64,000 nt of DNA. Origin: Octopus vulgaris. Taxonomy: Eukaryota. Every line of letters starts with the position of its first letter. Within the stretch, counting starts at the first letter, position 1. Positions 28,676-43,211 of the stretch are shown one piece after another. The position numbers and the translations under genes were made by a program. Location of the stretch: positions 79,856,001 to 79,920,000 of the forward strand of contig OX597824.1 of NCBI GenBank assembly GCA_951406725.2. Reading direction: 5' to 3'. The notes beneath the pieces were generated by a model. The model worked only from the letters and a program-made list of their open reading frames with translations. It made no database searches and was not told where the DNA came from.

Positions 28676-28860
28676 GTGACCGCGTGTGTGGATCGTTGGT
28701 GATTTTCTTTCTGCGTCTTCCTTTCTTTGGACTTTTTCTATATTTCTGATGAGGAGCTCCGCTCGAAACGTAAAATCCTGTTTCGTTTTTTTCCTTTCCT
28801 GAGCGTCCAATAACACTGTACTTATTCCACGTCCTCGCGTTGTCGTTTTGTTTGCTTGTT
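28676..28860 (+). mobile_element. Short hammerhead-bearing element (Penelope LTR-like)
   Basis: Homologous to the reverse complement of 53282-53492; follows (TATG)n. Confidence 0.7.
28742..28776 (+). ncRNA. Minimal type I hammerhead ribozyme
   Basis: ATTT-CTGATGA-G-GAGC tcc GCTC-GAAA-CG-TA-AAAT; stem III reduced to palindrome ACGT. Confidence 0.7.
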
Positions 28861-29081
28861 CAGATTTGGATTGTTCAGCAAAATTTAGATTCAAATGAAT
28901 CTGGTACTTAAGTTAGATGCACCAGAATTTTGTATGGTGTTATCCATATAAATAAATGGCTGGTGATTGCTCAACATTTAAAAATTTTTGTAATACTAGC
29001 AACATTTAATAAAATGATGTAGCGTGATCGTACCAAATTACCGAAGTTATTCTTGTTGCTTATTTTGATTATATATATATA

Positions 29082-29194
<113 letters not shown>

Positions 29195-29344
29195 GCATAT
29201 ATATATGTGTGTATATATATATATACATAAAAAGCAATAAAGATTCAAGTCAATTTTAATGAATTCACTTGAATATGGTACCTAACTTAGATGCACCAAA
29301 AAACTATACGGTTATAACCATACAGTAATGTGGGGTGATTATAA

Positions 29345-29496
29345 GCGAGAAAGAAGCAACAAGAATGGATAAGTTTTTAGTACAATCGTTTCATACAAAG
29401 ACAGGCTTTATTAAAAGTTGCAACTTTTAATAAAGCCTGTCTTTGTATGAAACGATTGTACTAAAAACTTATCCATTCTTGTTGCTTCTTTCTCGC
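29345..29496. repeat. Perfect 152-bp loop-less palindrome
   Basis: 76-bp arms centred on AAAAGTTG|CAACTTTT (29420/29421). Confidence 0.95.
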
Positions 29497-29605
29497 GTAT
29501 ATATATTTATATATATGTATGTATATGTATGTAGGCTATATTAAATCTCTGAGCGAGATGTAAACAGTAGTTATACGGAATCGTAACATATAATTGCCAA
29601 CCAAG

Positions 29606-29736
29606 TGTGGCGTCCTATACGGGACAGTGCTACTGGCATTTATAGCCCCAGGAAGACATATCTTCCAGCTCTTCCCTTCATTTCCCTGTTCTTGGGCTAT
29701 AAACGCCAGTAGCACTGTCCCGTATAGGACACCACA
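29606..29736. mobile_element. MITE-like inverted repeat
   Basis: 43-bp arms (29606-29648, 29694-29736) with 2 mismatches; 45-bp spacer. Confidence 0.7.
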
Positions 29737-29934
29737 GTATGTATGTATGTATATATATATGTACACACACACACGCGCGCGCGCATACACACACACAAAC
29801 ATATATATATATATATTGCTGTATTTAGGAATGGTCATTTTGCCAGTTTAGCCAAGAAAAACACACGCACTATATATTTGGTGTTACTTTGCTTCAACGT
29901 TATTTATTTTTTACATTCATTTTAATCTTATTTC

Positions 29935-29979
29935 GGCCAGAGTTCTTTCGTGTCACTTCTGTGACCTCATCAGTAGTCC
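29935..29979 (-). ncRNA. Minimal type I hammerhead ribozyme
   Basis: GGACTA-CTGATGA-G GTCAC agaa GTGAC a C-GAAA-G aa C-TC-TGGCC, within a ~265-bp island (29817-30082) between (TA)n runs. Confidence 0.65.
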
Positions 29980-30454
29980 TTTGCTTTCTTCTTTCTTATT
30001 TGTGTGTCTCTCCTTACTAACGGTCAGCCATTTTGTATTTTGTATTCCTATTGTACGTGTCTTCATTCTCTCTTTCTGTCTTTGTATATATATATATTCA
30101 TATATATATATATATATACAGAGAGAGAAAACTGATTAGCCAAAATATCACGAGAGGTGGGATCGATCTCTGAAATATGCGATTAAAAATCAAGCTTCGT
30201 AATCTAGTGGGTATTCATGAGCTATTTTCCTTGAGTTTTACAGAGTGGGGTGGGGGTACAGGACCTCTTTGCTTTTAATTTAGCTATTCTCTTCTCCCTT
30301 CTTCTCCCGCACATCGTCACATCCTCATCTCATTTTTCTTCATTAATTACGATAAAATATTTATAAATTAACTCCATCTCGTTAGTTATCTCATCGTTAT
30401 CTTCGGCAATGTTCGTACGAATCTGTGGTTTCTTTGATTCTTTTTTAATTCTTT

Positions 30455-30668
30455 TTTATTCTTTTACTTGTTTTAGTCATTTGATAGCGGCCATGTTGGA
30501 GCACCGCCTTTTTAGTCGAACAGACAAACCCCAGGACTTATTCTTTGAAAACCTAGTACTAATTCTGTCGTACATTTTCTTGTCGAACCGCTAGGTGACG
30601 GGTACGTAAACACAGCAACATCGGTTGACAGGCAATAGTAGGTGAACAAACACAGACACACACACATG
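30455..30668 (-). mobile_element. SINE family A, 3' half
   Basis: GCGGCCATGTTGGAGCACCGCCTTTT...ACATCGGTTGACAGGC. Confidence 0.75.
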
Positions 30669-30873
30669 TACCCCCTCACACCTACTTCCTCCCACCCACC
30701 TCTTCTCTCTTGCTCCGACTCCTACATCTCTGCACTCCTACTCTCCTTCTCTCTTCTCTTCAACCCTACCCACCTTCTCCCTTCCCCCTTCATCGTCACC
30801 CCTCCCTCGTACACCCAACCCACCCCTACACACCCCACCTCATCCACTACACCCACTTCCACATACCCCACCT

Positions 30874-31996
30874 CCATTTTTTGTTTATTTTCAGATCATT
30901 AAAATGGAATGTCAAGTTAAGAAAAACGATTATTTTCGACACCTCCTTCTTTTTGGTTTTAATCAAGGTTCTAAGGCCGCAAAAACTGCTCGCGACATTT
31001 GTGCTGTGTACGGAGAGGGTGCCATAGCTGAAAGAACCGCTCGTGAATGGTATGCCAAGTTCAAAAATAGAAATTTTGACCTCAAAGACGCACCTCGTTC
31101 GGGCCGTCCAGTTGAGTTCGACGAAGAGCAATTAAACCAACTTTTGCGCGAAAGTTCTCGTCAAACGACAAGGAACTGGCAGAGAAAAGGGAATGCTCCC
31201 ACAGTGCTATAGAGAAGTACCTTCACTCGATGGGAAAGGTTCAGAAGTATGGAGCATGGATTCAGCATGCTTTAAATGACAACAAAAATCAACGGCCCAC
31301 AATTTCCGCTGGTTTGCCGCTCGTCAACGCTCAACTCATGAACACGAGCAACGATTTTTTACCGAATCGTTACTGGCGACGAAAAATGGTGCCTGTACAT
31401 CAATATGAAGCAGCGTAAGGAATGGCTTAGCCCCGGTAAACAAGCAACACCGCACGTGAAACAAGATCTTCATCCGCATAAAACGATGTTGTGCGTACGG
31501 TGGGACTGGGAAAGGATTATCCATTACGAATTGTTTGAACGGAACCAAACGGTTAACGCGCAAAAGATGGAACGGTTCAACACGGCTATTCAAGAGAAAA
31601 GACCTAATCGTCAGGATGGAGTTCTTCTGCTGCACGACAACGCCCGCCCTCATATCGCCAATATGACCAAGGAAGCCGTTCAAACGCATGGCTGGGAAGT
31701 GCTGCTACACCCGTCGTACTCTCCGGATTTGGCACCAACGGATTTCCACCTCTTTCGATCTCTTTCAAATGCTATGCGCAGAGTTTCGTTCAATACTGAT
31801 GCAGAATTGAGAGCTCAGTGGGATCACATCTTCGAGTCGAAATCGAATGATTTCTACCAACGAGGTATTGAAAATCTTGTTGAACGTTGGGAAGAAGTTG
31901 TAACCAACAAGGGTGAATACATTATTGATTAATTATTCGTTATTTTTTTAATTAAACCTTTTAAAAAATGGCGGGAATTTAGTTGCCAACCCAATA
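30874..31996 (+). mobile_element. Mariner transposon (mellifera-like), outer part of left TIR lost
   Basis: Right TIR AAAAAATGGCGGGAATTTAGTTGCCAACCCAA + TA; only the inner CCATTTTTT of the left TIR remains. Confidence 0.9.
30904..31932 (+). pseudogene. Mariner DD34D transposase, frameshifted
   Basis: N-terminal HTH (FRHLLLFGFNQG..ICAVYGEGA..RSGRP), IVTGDEKW, LHDNARPH, YSPDLAPTDFHLF with 34-residue D-D spacing; split over several frames. Confidence 0.95.
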
Positions 31997-32642
31997 TTCG
32001 TGTTTGTGTGTGTACGTACGTATGCGTTAGTAGTATGTGCGGGTGTGTAATGATGTGTTAGTGTGTATAATTTTGTGAGAGAGCTTATAATTGTGTGTGT
32101 ATGTATGTATGAGGCTGTGTATGACTGTTTATGTGTATGTGTATAACTGTGTATGCATTTGACTATTTCTGTCTGTGTACATGAATGTATGTCTAGACGT
32201 ATGTGAATCTGTATTTGAGAGTATGTGTGTATATATGTGTGAGCTGTTATACATACTCATGGAGAAAAGCCCCCTCCCCACCACATATTTAGTTAATCGA
32301 TCATGAAAACTGATGTTTTATGATTTTGAAACTCAACCAAGCGTTTGGTATTTCAAAAACCTTCACCGTCTTGGAGAAATCCGTATTGCTGCTGTAGTGT
32401 ATATGTACGATTTTGGCCCAATAAACCAGAACAACAATATTTGTTGTATCACGATGACAACCTCATCTAGACAATATAATATATCTGTCAGCGAAGAGCA
32501 ACGATGTTATGTCAGCGAATATAATTGATATGCTGCTAAAATACATTGTCAGCGGTTATGATGACAGATAATTTAAATATCCTGTCAGCGGTTATGAGGA
32601 AACACCGTAAACAATAACTTGTCTCAGATGTTACGACAGCTC

Positions 32643-32696
<54 letters not shown>

Positions 32697-32991
32697 GTAC
32701 ACATTCGTATACACACAGGCATTCGTATACATACACACGCACACACACATACATGTATACATCTTCGCACATAAATGCGTTGATTGAGTAGTGAACATCA
32801 GGAAGTGGGGAAAGAATTCTTTGTAATAGAATTTTTGACAAATCTCTGGTACCAATGGTTTCCTGCTGACAGAGCTATAGGCAGTGCTCATATTGGAATG
32901 ATCCTTCGCATTCTCAATGCGAATGATTATACCACATTAGCACTGCCTCTAGCTGCATTCATATCTATCTATCTATTTCTTTATCTATCTT

Positions 32992-33072
<81 letters not shown>

Positions 33073-33232
33073 ATGTGTATGCGCGTGTGTAATGAGTTGC
33101 ATGTATATGCAAATGTTGTTGATGGGATAGACTCAAGAATGTTTATTATACACTTTTCAATTAAGTAAATGAGTTTTAATCATATTCTCTGTTTTGTCAT
33201 AAATGCTGCATAATTTTGGACAATGTTCTTCA

Positions 33233-33320
<88 letters not shown>

Positions 33321-33690
33321 TATACATATGGGGATTATAATCACTAAGCGCATGAACGGGAAATTAAGTGGACATAACTATATATGGAAGTTTAGTTCGT
33401 TCTATCATACAGAATTCTCTTTGAAATTTTGCCTGGCCGAAGGAAAGGAGTTGGAAGGGAACCTTCCCGTTCAAGTGGAGTATATATATATGCCATGTAA
33501 ACCGGTCCTATGAGTCTACATGATTCTGGAAGGAACTTTACTACTTCTTTTTACTTCATACAAACACATATATACATAATGGGTTTTCACCTGCCTAATT
33601 CACTCACAAAGAAAAGGTCGACTCAGACTGCAGTGGAAGACGCTTACCCAAGACGCCGTGCCGTGGAAGTGAAGCAGAATCTATGTGGTT

Positions 33691-33912
33691 ACTCTTTTAC
33701 TCTTTTACTTGTTTCAGTCATTTGACTGCAGCCATGCTGGAGCACCGCCTTTAGTCGAGCAAATCGACCCTGAGACTTATTCTTTGTAAGCCCAGCACTT
33801 ATTCTATCGGGCTCTTTGCCGAACCGCTAATTTGCGGGGACATAAACACACCAGCATCGGTTGTCAAGCAATGCTAGGGGGACAAAATCAGACACACAAA
33901 CATACACACACA

Positions 33913-33945
<33 letters not shown>

Positions 33946-34108
33946 GACGGGCTTCTTTCAGTTTCCGTCTACCAAATCCACTCACAAGGCTTTGGTCGGC
34001 CCGAGGCAATAGTGGAAGACAGTTGCCCAAGATTCTACGCAGTGGAAGTGAACCTGGAGCTATGTGGTTGGTAAGCAAGCTACTTACCACACAGCCACTC
34101 CTGCGCCT
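33691..34108 (-). mobile_element. SINE family A, full length (a partial copy precedes it at ~33575-33690)
   Basis: Head GGCGCAGGAGTGGCTGTGTGGTAAGTAGC; tail (GTAAAAGA)n. Confidence 0.9.
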
Positions 34109-34367
34109 TGTGAATCATTTAATCGTACATCCAGACAAGTTTGTTGTTACACCAAAATGGGTAACGAAAACCTAAAGGTTCGGCATAATTTCTGCCAAAC
34201 ATTTTGTTCAAGGTCTTACAATTTCACTTATCATCCACTCCGGAGCAATTTAGTTATTTTACCAACCTCGAAACAAACGAAAAACCAAGTTGACCCCGGC
34301 TAGGTTTGAACTCAGGGTCTAAACAACCGGAAGAAATATCACAAGATGCCGCGAGTCATTTTTATCT

Positions 34368-34751
34368 GGAAGCACTCCGTCGCTTACGACGACGAGGGTT
34401 CCGGTTGATCCGATCAACGGAACAGCCAGCTCGTGAAATTAACGTGTAAGTGGCTGAGCACTCCACAGACACGTGTACCCTTAACGTAATTCTCGGGGAT
34501 ATTCAGCGTGACACAGAGAGTGACAAGGCCGGCCCTTTGAAATACAGGTACAACAGAAAGAGGAAGTAAGAGTGAGAGAAAGTTGTGGTGAAAGAGTACA
34601 GCAGGGATCACCACCATCCCTGCCGGAGCCTCGTGGAGCTTTTAGGTGTTTTCGCTCAATAAACATTCACAACGCCCGGTTTGGGAATCGAAACTGCGAT
34701 CCTACGACCGCGAGTCCGCTGCCCTAACCACTGGGTCATTGCGCCTCCACC
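34368..34751 (-). mobile_element. SINE family C, full length
   Basis: Near-identical to 19326-19712; 11-bp TSD CATTTTTATCT (34357-34367, 34752-34762). Confidence 0.95.
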
Positions 34752-35336
34752 CATTTTTATCTAAAGCTTAAACGATTCAACACACTCGATTGGTGTAAGA
34801 TAACGCTGACACCAGCAGATAGATTTGAATTCGGAACAAAGAGAGGGACGTAACTAAATGCCAAGAAAATTTACGCACACTGGCTGTCATTTTGTGCTTT
34901 CCGCCATTCCTCTCGCCGCTGTTTTAACACTAAAGACTTTATAATATCTTAAAGCTGTTAGTACACATCCAATATTAACACGGCGAAAAGACCCACACAC
35001 AGTCATATTACACAGATGCACGGATGCACACACACACACACCTATACTTTAAAACCATCATTAACAACAATAACAACAGTAACAACAACAACAGAAGAAG
35101 CAGGGGCAGCAGCAGCAACAGCAGCAGCAGCAGCGACAACAAGTAAATGAAATAAACACGTTTGCAATTATGCTAACTTTCGGAGACAATGGGCAAACAC
35201 TTGTCACTGACAATCAAAACAAGAGCAGGTAATTAGATTAAACAATAGTTGTGTCATCGACTGGCATCTTGGGAAGACATTCTCGACAGATTTCGGGTTT
35301 ATCGTTGAGAACAAGATAATCTACAACTAACTCATC

Positions 35337-35732
35337 CACCGCCGCCACCAACACCACCACCACCACCACCACCACCACCACCACCACCACCACCACCACC
35401 ACCACCACCACTACCACCTCCCTCCTCCTACTTCTCATTCTCATCATCATCATCATCATCATCATCACCATGATGACTATCATCATCACCATGACGATCA
35501 TCATCATCATCGTCGTCGTCGTCATCATCATCATCATCATCATCACAATGACCATCGCGATCATCATCATCATGATCATCAACATCATGACCATCGCCAT
35601 CATCATCTGCATCATCGTCGTCGTCGTCATCATCAACATCGTCATCTTAATCATGATGACCATTGCCATCATCATCATCATCATCATTACTATGATGGCC
35701 ATCTCCATCATCATCATCATCATAATCATCCC

Positions 35733-35763
<31 letters not shown>

Positions 35764-35818
35764 TCCATCATCATCATCATCATCATCATAATCATCCCCA
35801 TCATCGTCATCATCATCG

Positions 35819-35877
<59 letters not shown>

Positions 35878-36065
35878 TTCCTCTTCTTCTTCTTCTTCTT
35901 CTTCTTCTTCTTCTTCTTCTTCTTCTTTCATCGTCTTTGTCGTTACCGTAGTCGTCGTCATCGCCTCTACCGCTGATATCGGTATGAGCACCATCGTCAA
36001 CGCCAACATCATTTCATCAACCTCCTTCTCTTCTTCCTCCTCTTCCTTCTCCTTCTTCTCCTCAT
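35337..36065. repeat. Compound (CAC)(CAT)(CTT) trinucleotide tract
   Basis: Direct inspection. Confidence 0.9.
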
Positions 36066-36154
36066 CGTTATCTTCGATGTTATCCCCACCAACCAATACG
36101 CCTTCACTCGCCCCCCCACCAACACATCCTCATACACCCCCCATATACGCCCAT

Positions 36155-36437
<283 letters not shown>

Positions 36438-36799
36438 CTTACTTATACCAATGGAAGAAGCAAACACTAAGTCCTGTGTACACTTAAGTACCCCAAATAT
36501 ATCCAAAATATAAATTCTATAGCACACCCCGAGACACTGAACATTTTCATAGAGAGAGTCCGGAAGTGAATAGTATTAAATTTACATCGAATATAGGATA
36601 ACATTTTTCGAAAAAAATTTTATCAATGGCCAGCATATTAAAAAATACCTTTAAAGGTTAAATTTATAAACAACTTATAAACAAGGGCAAAAGAAAAAAA
36701 ATTCTAATGCCAAATATGCCGAAAATCGACTTAAATAGTCAATAACCATATAATTCATCACTATAAGCACACGTCTTATTTATAGGTTGTATATATATA

Positions 36800-37010
36800 T
36801 AAGGTTGACAGAATTATTAGCACGCCGCACAAAACTCTTATCAATATTTAGTCGACCTTTAATGTTTTGAGTTCAAATACCACTGGGATCGACTTTGCCT
36901 TTCAACCTTTCTGGGTGGATAAATCAAGTACCACTCACGCATTGAGGTCGATGTAATCGACTGGTCTCCTTCCCCCAAATTTCAGGCCTTGTGCCTATAG
37001 TAGAAAGGGT
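36800..37010 (+). mobile_element. SINE family B, diverged
   Basis: TTAGCACGCCG..GAGTTCAAAT..TCGACTTTGCCTTTCA..GGCCTTGTGCCTATAGTAGAAAG. Confidence 0.7.
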
Positions 37011-37450
37011 TGTTATATCCATACATACATATATATACACACACACATGTGCGCGCGCGCACACACACACATACACACACGTAGACCAATAAACAAACAA
37101 ATAGATTCAAATTTGTTATAAAATTTGGTTTCACTAAGACTTTATAAGACATTTCTTTCTAGTGTATTACTATAAATACGGAGTCTCCACATCAGGTTTG
37201 GTTGTTTTCCACAACTTTGCTTTAAAATGGTAACTTTAAATTAGCATTTAAATAGATGGATTGCCAGAGAAACAGATGAATAGATAAATAGATTAGAAAC
37301 CAAAAGAAATCGCGGAAAGTAGTAATGGTCTGTGTCGCCTAAAGATCACTTAATAAAATTGGTAAAATATTACTTCATGTGGCGTGGGGAGGGAAGAGTT
37401 CAGAAGTTTGAGGGTACGGCCCCCTGCTGATAAGATTTCTTCCGCTGAAT

Positions 37451-37498
<48 letters not shown>

Positions 37499-37504
37499 TG
37501 TATA

Positions 37505-37555
<51 letters not shown>

Positions 37556-37675
37556 CTGTATATATATATATGTATAAATATATATATATGTATATATATA
37601 TCTGTATATATATATATATGTATATATATGTATACATATATGTATATATATATATGTATATATATATATGTATAT

Positions 37676-37713
<38 letters not shown>

Positions 37714-37714
37714 G

Positions 37715-37745
<31 letters not shown>

Positions 37746-38898
37746 ACATATGTAATACCTGCTATCCAATTATTCGAATATACCAATTCCATTTCGATAA
37801 GTAAAAAAAAAAATAATAATAGCAAACATTATTTACACGTGTTTCTGTCAATAACTCCAGTAGATCCGGCTGGCACATAAAAAAAATAATAATAAGGAAG
37901 CTAAAACCGTAATAAAAATATCAAAAAAAAAAAACCAAAATATATACAATGAACAAAAAATAATAATACAAAGCCAATAGCAAAAAAAAAAAGGAAAAAA
38001 TGAATAACAACTTGAAGAGAATTAGATTTACATTTATTTGCGCAGTAATTTCATCGTGGTTGCTGATGCAACAACTGTACCGGAAGTCCATTATAAAGCG
38101 GATGCTCGAAGCTCTATCATAAACAAGATGGCCGAATAGAGAGTATAAACCAACGATCCAAATAATGAAAGAAAGAAAATCATACATTATATCGATAATA
38201 ATCTACGTTTCTGCATGTATATTAAGGGTACAATATCTAGGAACGTTTGGATAAAAATCTACTTGCGCTATTTATTTTTCTTTTTGGTCCTGTATATTTA
38301 TTACACATTAATCACAAAATACAGTGATAACCACGAATAAAGTAAAAAGGAAAATTCAACGGAAGTGACATTTAAAAAAAAATGGCGTTTGTATCACGTT
38401 GCCTTTCAGTATAGTGTAAAGATACTTAATAGCTACTCACGTTTGTTGTTGCTGTTGTTACCGTTTTTATGGTGGTAGAGTTTTTATTTTTTTGGTCAAC
38501 ATTGGTTGCTTACCGTGTAGGTAACATAATTGTTCCCACAATCCATTTTTATGTCCTGCTAGACCAAGAAAAGTGGAATAAATAAAGTAAATTTACATGG
38601 TTAGCGTTCAGTTTGAATTCGTACACGTTATCATCATATCATAAGACTCAGGAAAGTTTGGTTCTTGGAACGGAAGCAGAAAGCAATAAATGACCTGATC
38701 CCATTTATCCCTTAATTTGAAGCCTTCCTTGGAGTAGTTCCAATAGTAAAAAAAAACCCTCTTTTTATAAAGTACTCGGAAAATTTTCCAGTACTGATGA
38801 ATTTATCATGAAATCGCAAATACTGATCTCATTATTTAAACAATGATTAGCCCTGATAGACAACCTTCACCAACAAATTACTTGGTCCTTGAATACCT

Positions 38899-39316
38899 AT
38901 TTCTTTATTACCCAAAAGGGGCTAAACACAGAGGAGACAAACAAGGACATACAGACGGATTAAATCGATTATATCGACCCCAGTGCGTAACTGGTACTAA
39001 ATTTATCGACCCCGAAAGGATGAAAGGCAAAGGCGACCTCGGCGGAATTTGAACTCAGAACGTAACGGCAGGAGAAATACCTATTTCTTTACTACCCACA
39101 AGGGGTTAAACACAGAGAGGACAAACAAGGCCAGACAAACAGATTAAGTCGATTATATCGACCCCAGTACGTAACTGGTATTTAATTTATCGGCCCCAAA
39201 ATGATGAAAGGCAAAGGCGACCTCGGCGGAATTTGAACTCAGAATGTAACGGCAGACGAAATACGGCTACGCATTTCACCCGGCGTGCTAACGGTTCTGC
39301 CAGCTCACCGCCTTTG
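38899..39316 (-). mobile_element. SINE family B variant with tandemly duplicated 184-bp body
   Basis: One head and two bodies (junction at 38894 and 39078); 16-bp TSD TGGTCCTTGAATACCT (38883-38898, 39317-39332). Confidence 0.9.
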
Positions 39317-40002
39317 TGGTCCTTGAATACCTTCTGCGAAGTTAACTTTATTGCAAGCATTCGAAACAAAGTTTCAATTTCCTCCCTTGCGCACGTCTTT
39401 TCTGCATATATCGGTCTGTAGCTGATCAGGTTGAGCATTAGTAGCATCAGTCTCACTAGCTTATACCGGAAGGATGATGGGAACGCTTGTTCTGGTTGCT
39501 CTTGTTGATGTTGATGTTGTTGACTAATTTCAGGTCTGAATGAACTGACCTATGTTTAAATGAGCTCAAGCCATGGCTGTCCTTATTTTTTTCATAACTA
39601 TTTCGCATCCAGGACTACATTATCAAATGTGTTTTCGCATTTTTTACTGCAGCAGAATGTATTTTGAGGTAGATTTGGTTTTCGCTTCCAGCATGTCAAG
39701 CGACCACGAAGTTCCCACATCCGCAATGATATTCTAAGTTGATACTGGAAGTATTTGAACACAGAACGAAATGATTTAAATTCCGTAAGTTATTTTGTCC
39801 AACGCTCCACCGATATTGCCATCAAACAGGAGCAGATTATGGTTGGTTAAGATCAATCATAGGTTATTTTATCGATCTCAGAAGCATGAAAAGTAAAGTT
39901 GGCTTCGGTGAGAATTGAACTCAGAACATAAAGAGATAAAAATAATTACCACAAAGTATTTCAAACGACCTTCTACCGATTCTAGATTGCCGTGCCTTTA
40001 CA

Positions 40003-40072
<70 letters not shown>

Positions 40073-40102
40073 ACGCACACACACACATATATGCATATTC
40101 TG

Positions 40103-40282
40103 TAAATGCTTAGCGGTATTTCGTCTGTCTTTATGTTATGAGTTCAAATTCCACCGAGGTCAACTTTGCCTTTCATTATTTTGGGGTTCAATAAATTAAG
40201 TACCAGTTGCCCACTAGGGTCGATCTAATCGACTGGCCCCCTTCCACCAAATTTCGGGCCTTGTGCTTAGAGTAGAAAAAAA
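40103..40282 (+). mobile_element. SINE family B, 5'-truncated
   Basis: AAATGCTTAGCGGTATTTCGTC...GGGCCTTGTGCTTAGAGTAGAAAA. Confidence 0.8.
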
Positions 40283-40577
40283 TACTGACCACATTAAAAA
40301 TGTCGAAGTAAGAAATATATGAACAATCAAAGAAACTGCAAAAAAACAGAGGAATCCAGTTCTTTAATGGTTAGATAAGTTTTGTTGCTGCTAGGCCCTA
40401 GATCAGCTTTAATTGCGTCGATATTCCATCCATGGCCCTCTCGTCGTTTTTTCTAAATAGACCGCATGTCTTCTGAAATAGCCTTAATTTGTAAATTAGT
40501 GATAAAAATTGATTAAAGGGAGGTTTGGCTACTATTTCTTGCAAGCAGCATGACACATGCTAGCTTTGTTGTAAAAG

Positions 40578-41017
<440 letters not shown>

Positions 41018-41346
41018 AAAAGAAAATGAAGGTAAATATGAATAAAAAACAAGTGAATGAAAAAAAAACCTTCGGAAAGCCGGCATTTTGTTTCGAAGTT
41101 TTCCCTCCAATTATTACTAAGCTGTATAAAGGAGTAACAGCCGTAAAATTTGAAGCTTTTATTGCGTTGCCTGTACAAGTAAAAGTTCCTGATATTTATA
41201 TCCCTGCCTTTTTGGCATTAAGTTAAAGACGTGACACCGTTTTATGGTGCCGCAGAGACGGCTTCATCAAGTTGCAAGTATTGATGACATCTCAGTCGAT
41301 AGCGTTGAAATATATCTAACTAGACTCCTGAGATCTCTAGCCTTAT

Positions 41347-41405
<59 letters not shown>

Positions 41406-41568
41406 ATGTGTGTGTATATATATATATGTATGTATAATATATTTATATATATATGTATATATGTATAAATATATATATACGTGTGTGCGTGTATTTAAGA
41501 AATTAAATTAATTGAAATGTAATATATATGCATACGTATGCATTTATATGCATATGTATGTGTACATA

Positions 41569-41628
<60 letters not shown>

Positions 41629-41843
41629 TATATGTGTTTATATGTGTGAATATATATATATGTATGTATGTATATATATATATACATATATACGTATACA
41701 TACATGTATATATACATATATATATACATACATATATGTAATAGATCACATTAATTTAAATGTTATACATAGCATGCATACATGTGTATATATATGTCTA
41801 TAAAAATATGGTTATCTATTTATCAATCTATCCACCCATCTTA

Positions 41844-41880
<37 letters not shown>

Positions 41881-41926
41881 CATCTATCTATCTATCTATC
41901 TATCTATATATCTATCTGCCTATCTT

Positions 41927-41985
<59 letters not shown>

Positions 41986-41994
41986 GCCTATCTT

Positions 41995-42067
<73 letters not shown>

Positions 42068-42095
42068 ATATCTATCTATCTATCAATCTATCTAT

Positions 42096-42148
<53 letters not shown>

Positions 42149-42496
42149 AATCAATCTATCTATCTGTCTGTCTGCCTATCTTTCTGTCTGTCTATCTATA
42201 TGTACGTAGCTAGATAGATGGATCTTTATGACGTGTGCATGTATTTTTATTACGTGGCCTTTAATTAAAAATATGAATTTTGTGTTCTACTTTCATTGTA
42301 ATAATTTTTCTATTCTTAAAAAATATTTACGCATATCATATAGTAATATATATCAACCACACAGGGACAGAAACATGCAAGCGAACACGTGCACACACGC
42401 GCACCGAGCATTTTATACACGCATGCATCTCCACATACAATCTTATACTATTCGCCTTTATACTTGATTATTCTGACACTTAAATGTTGATGAGTG

Positions 42497-42548
<52 letters not shown>

Positions 42549-42617
42549 ACGAATATATATATATTTAGATATAATATATATATATATATATGTATATTAT
42601 ATTATATTATATTATAT

Positions 42618-42654
<37 letters not shown>

Positions 42655-42707
42655 TATATTATATTATATTATATTATATTATATTATATTATATATATTA
42701 TATATAT

Positions 42708-42747
<40 letters not shown>

Positions 42748-43211
42748 CTAAATGCAAATGCATATGCATATACATATATACATCTGCATATAGTATGTAT
42801 GTATGTATGTATGTATGTATGTATGTATATATATATATATATATATTTGTGAATGTGCGCGTATATATATATATATATATATACATACACAGACATACAC
42901 ACACAGACATGCGCACACGTGAGTGTGTACGATCGCTTATGCAACATCATCTCGGCATCTTTATTATCATTTTATAATGATTAATTTCACAGTAAAAAAT
43001 TGGGATCCGTATTATGAAACGTTATACTTTGTACAGAGTGAGTTAACCAACTCCGTCTGATCATAAAATTTACTCAGAAAATTAAATTTTTGAAATGTTA
43101 ATTTATAGATTGCTGTTGTTTAACCCTGGGTCAAACCTTTTGGAACATGGCTTATGGTGAAAGACAATCCGGCAGTGACCAGCTACCTGTGATTTTCGAA
43201 AAAGTATTAGA

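Noticed and set aside
37417-37432. CTCF-like motif (minus strand CAGCAGGGGGCCG; a similar one near 2621-2636)
   Set aside because: Isolated short matches with no supporting context
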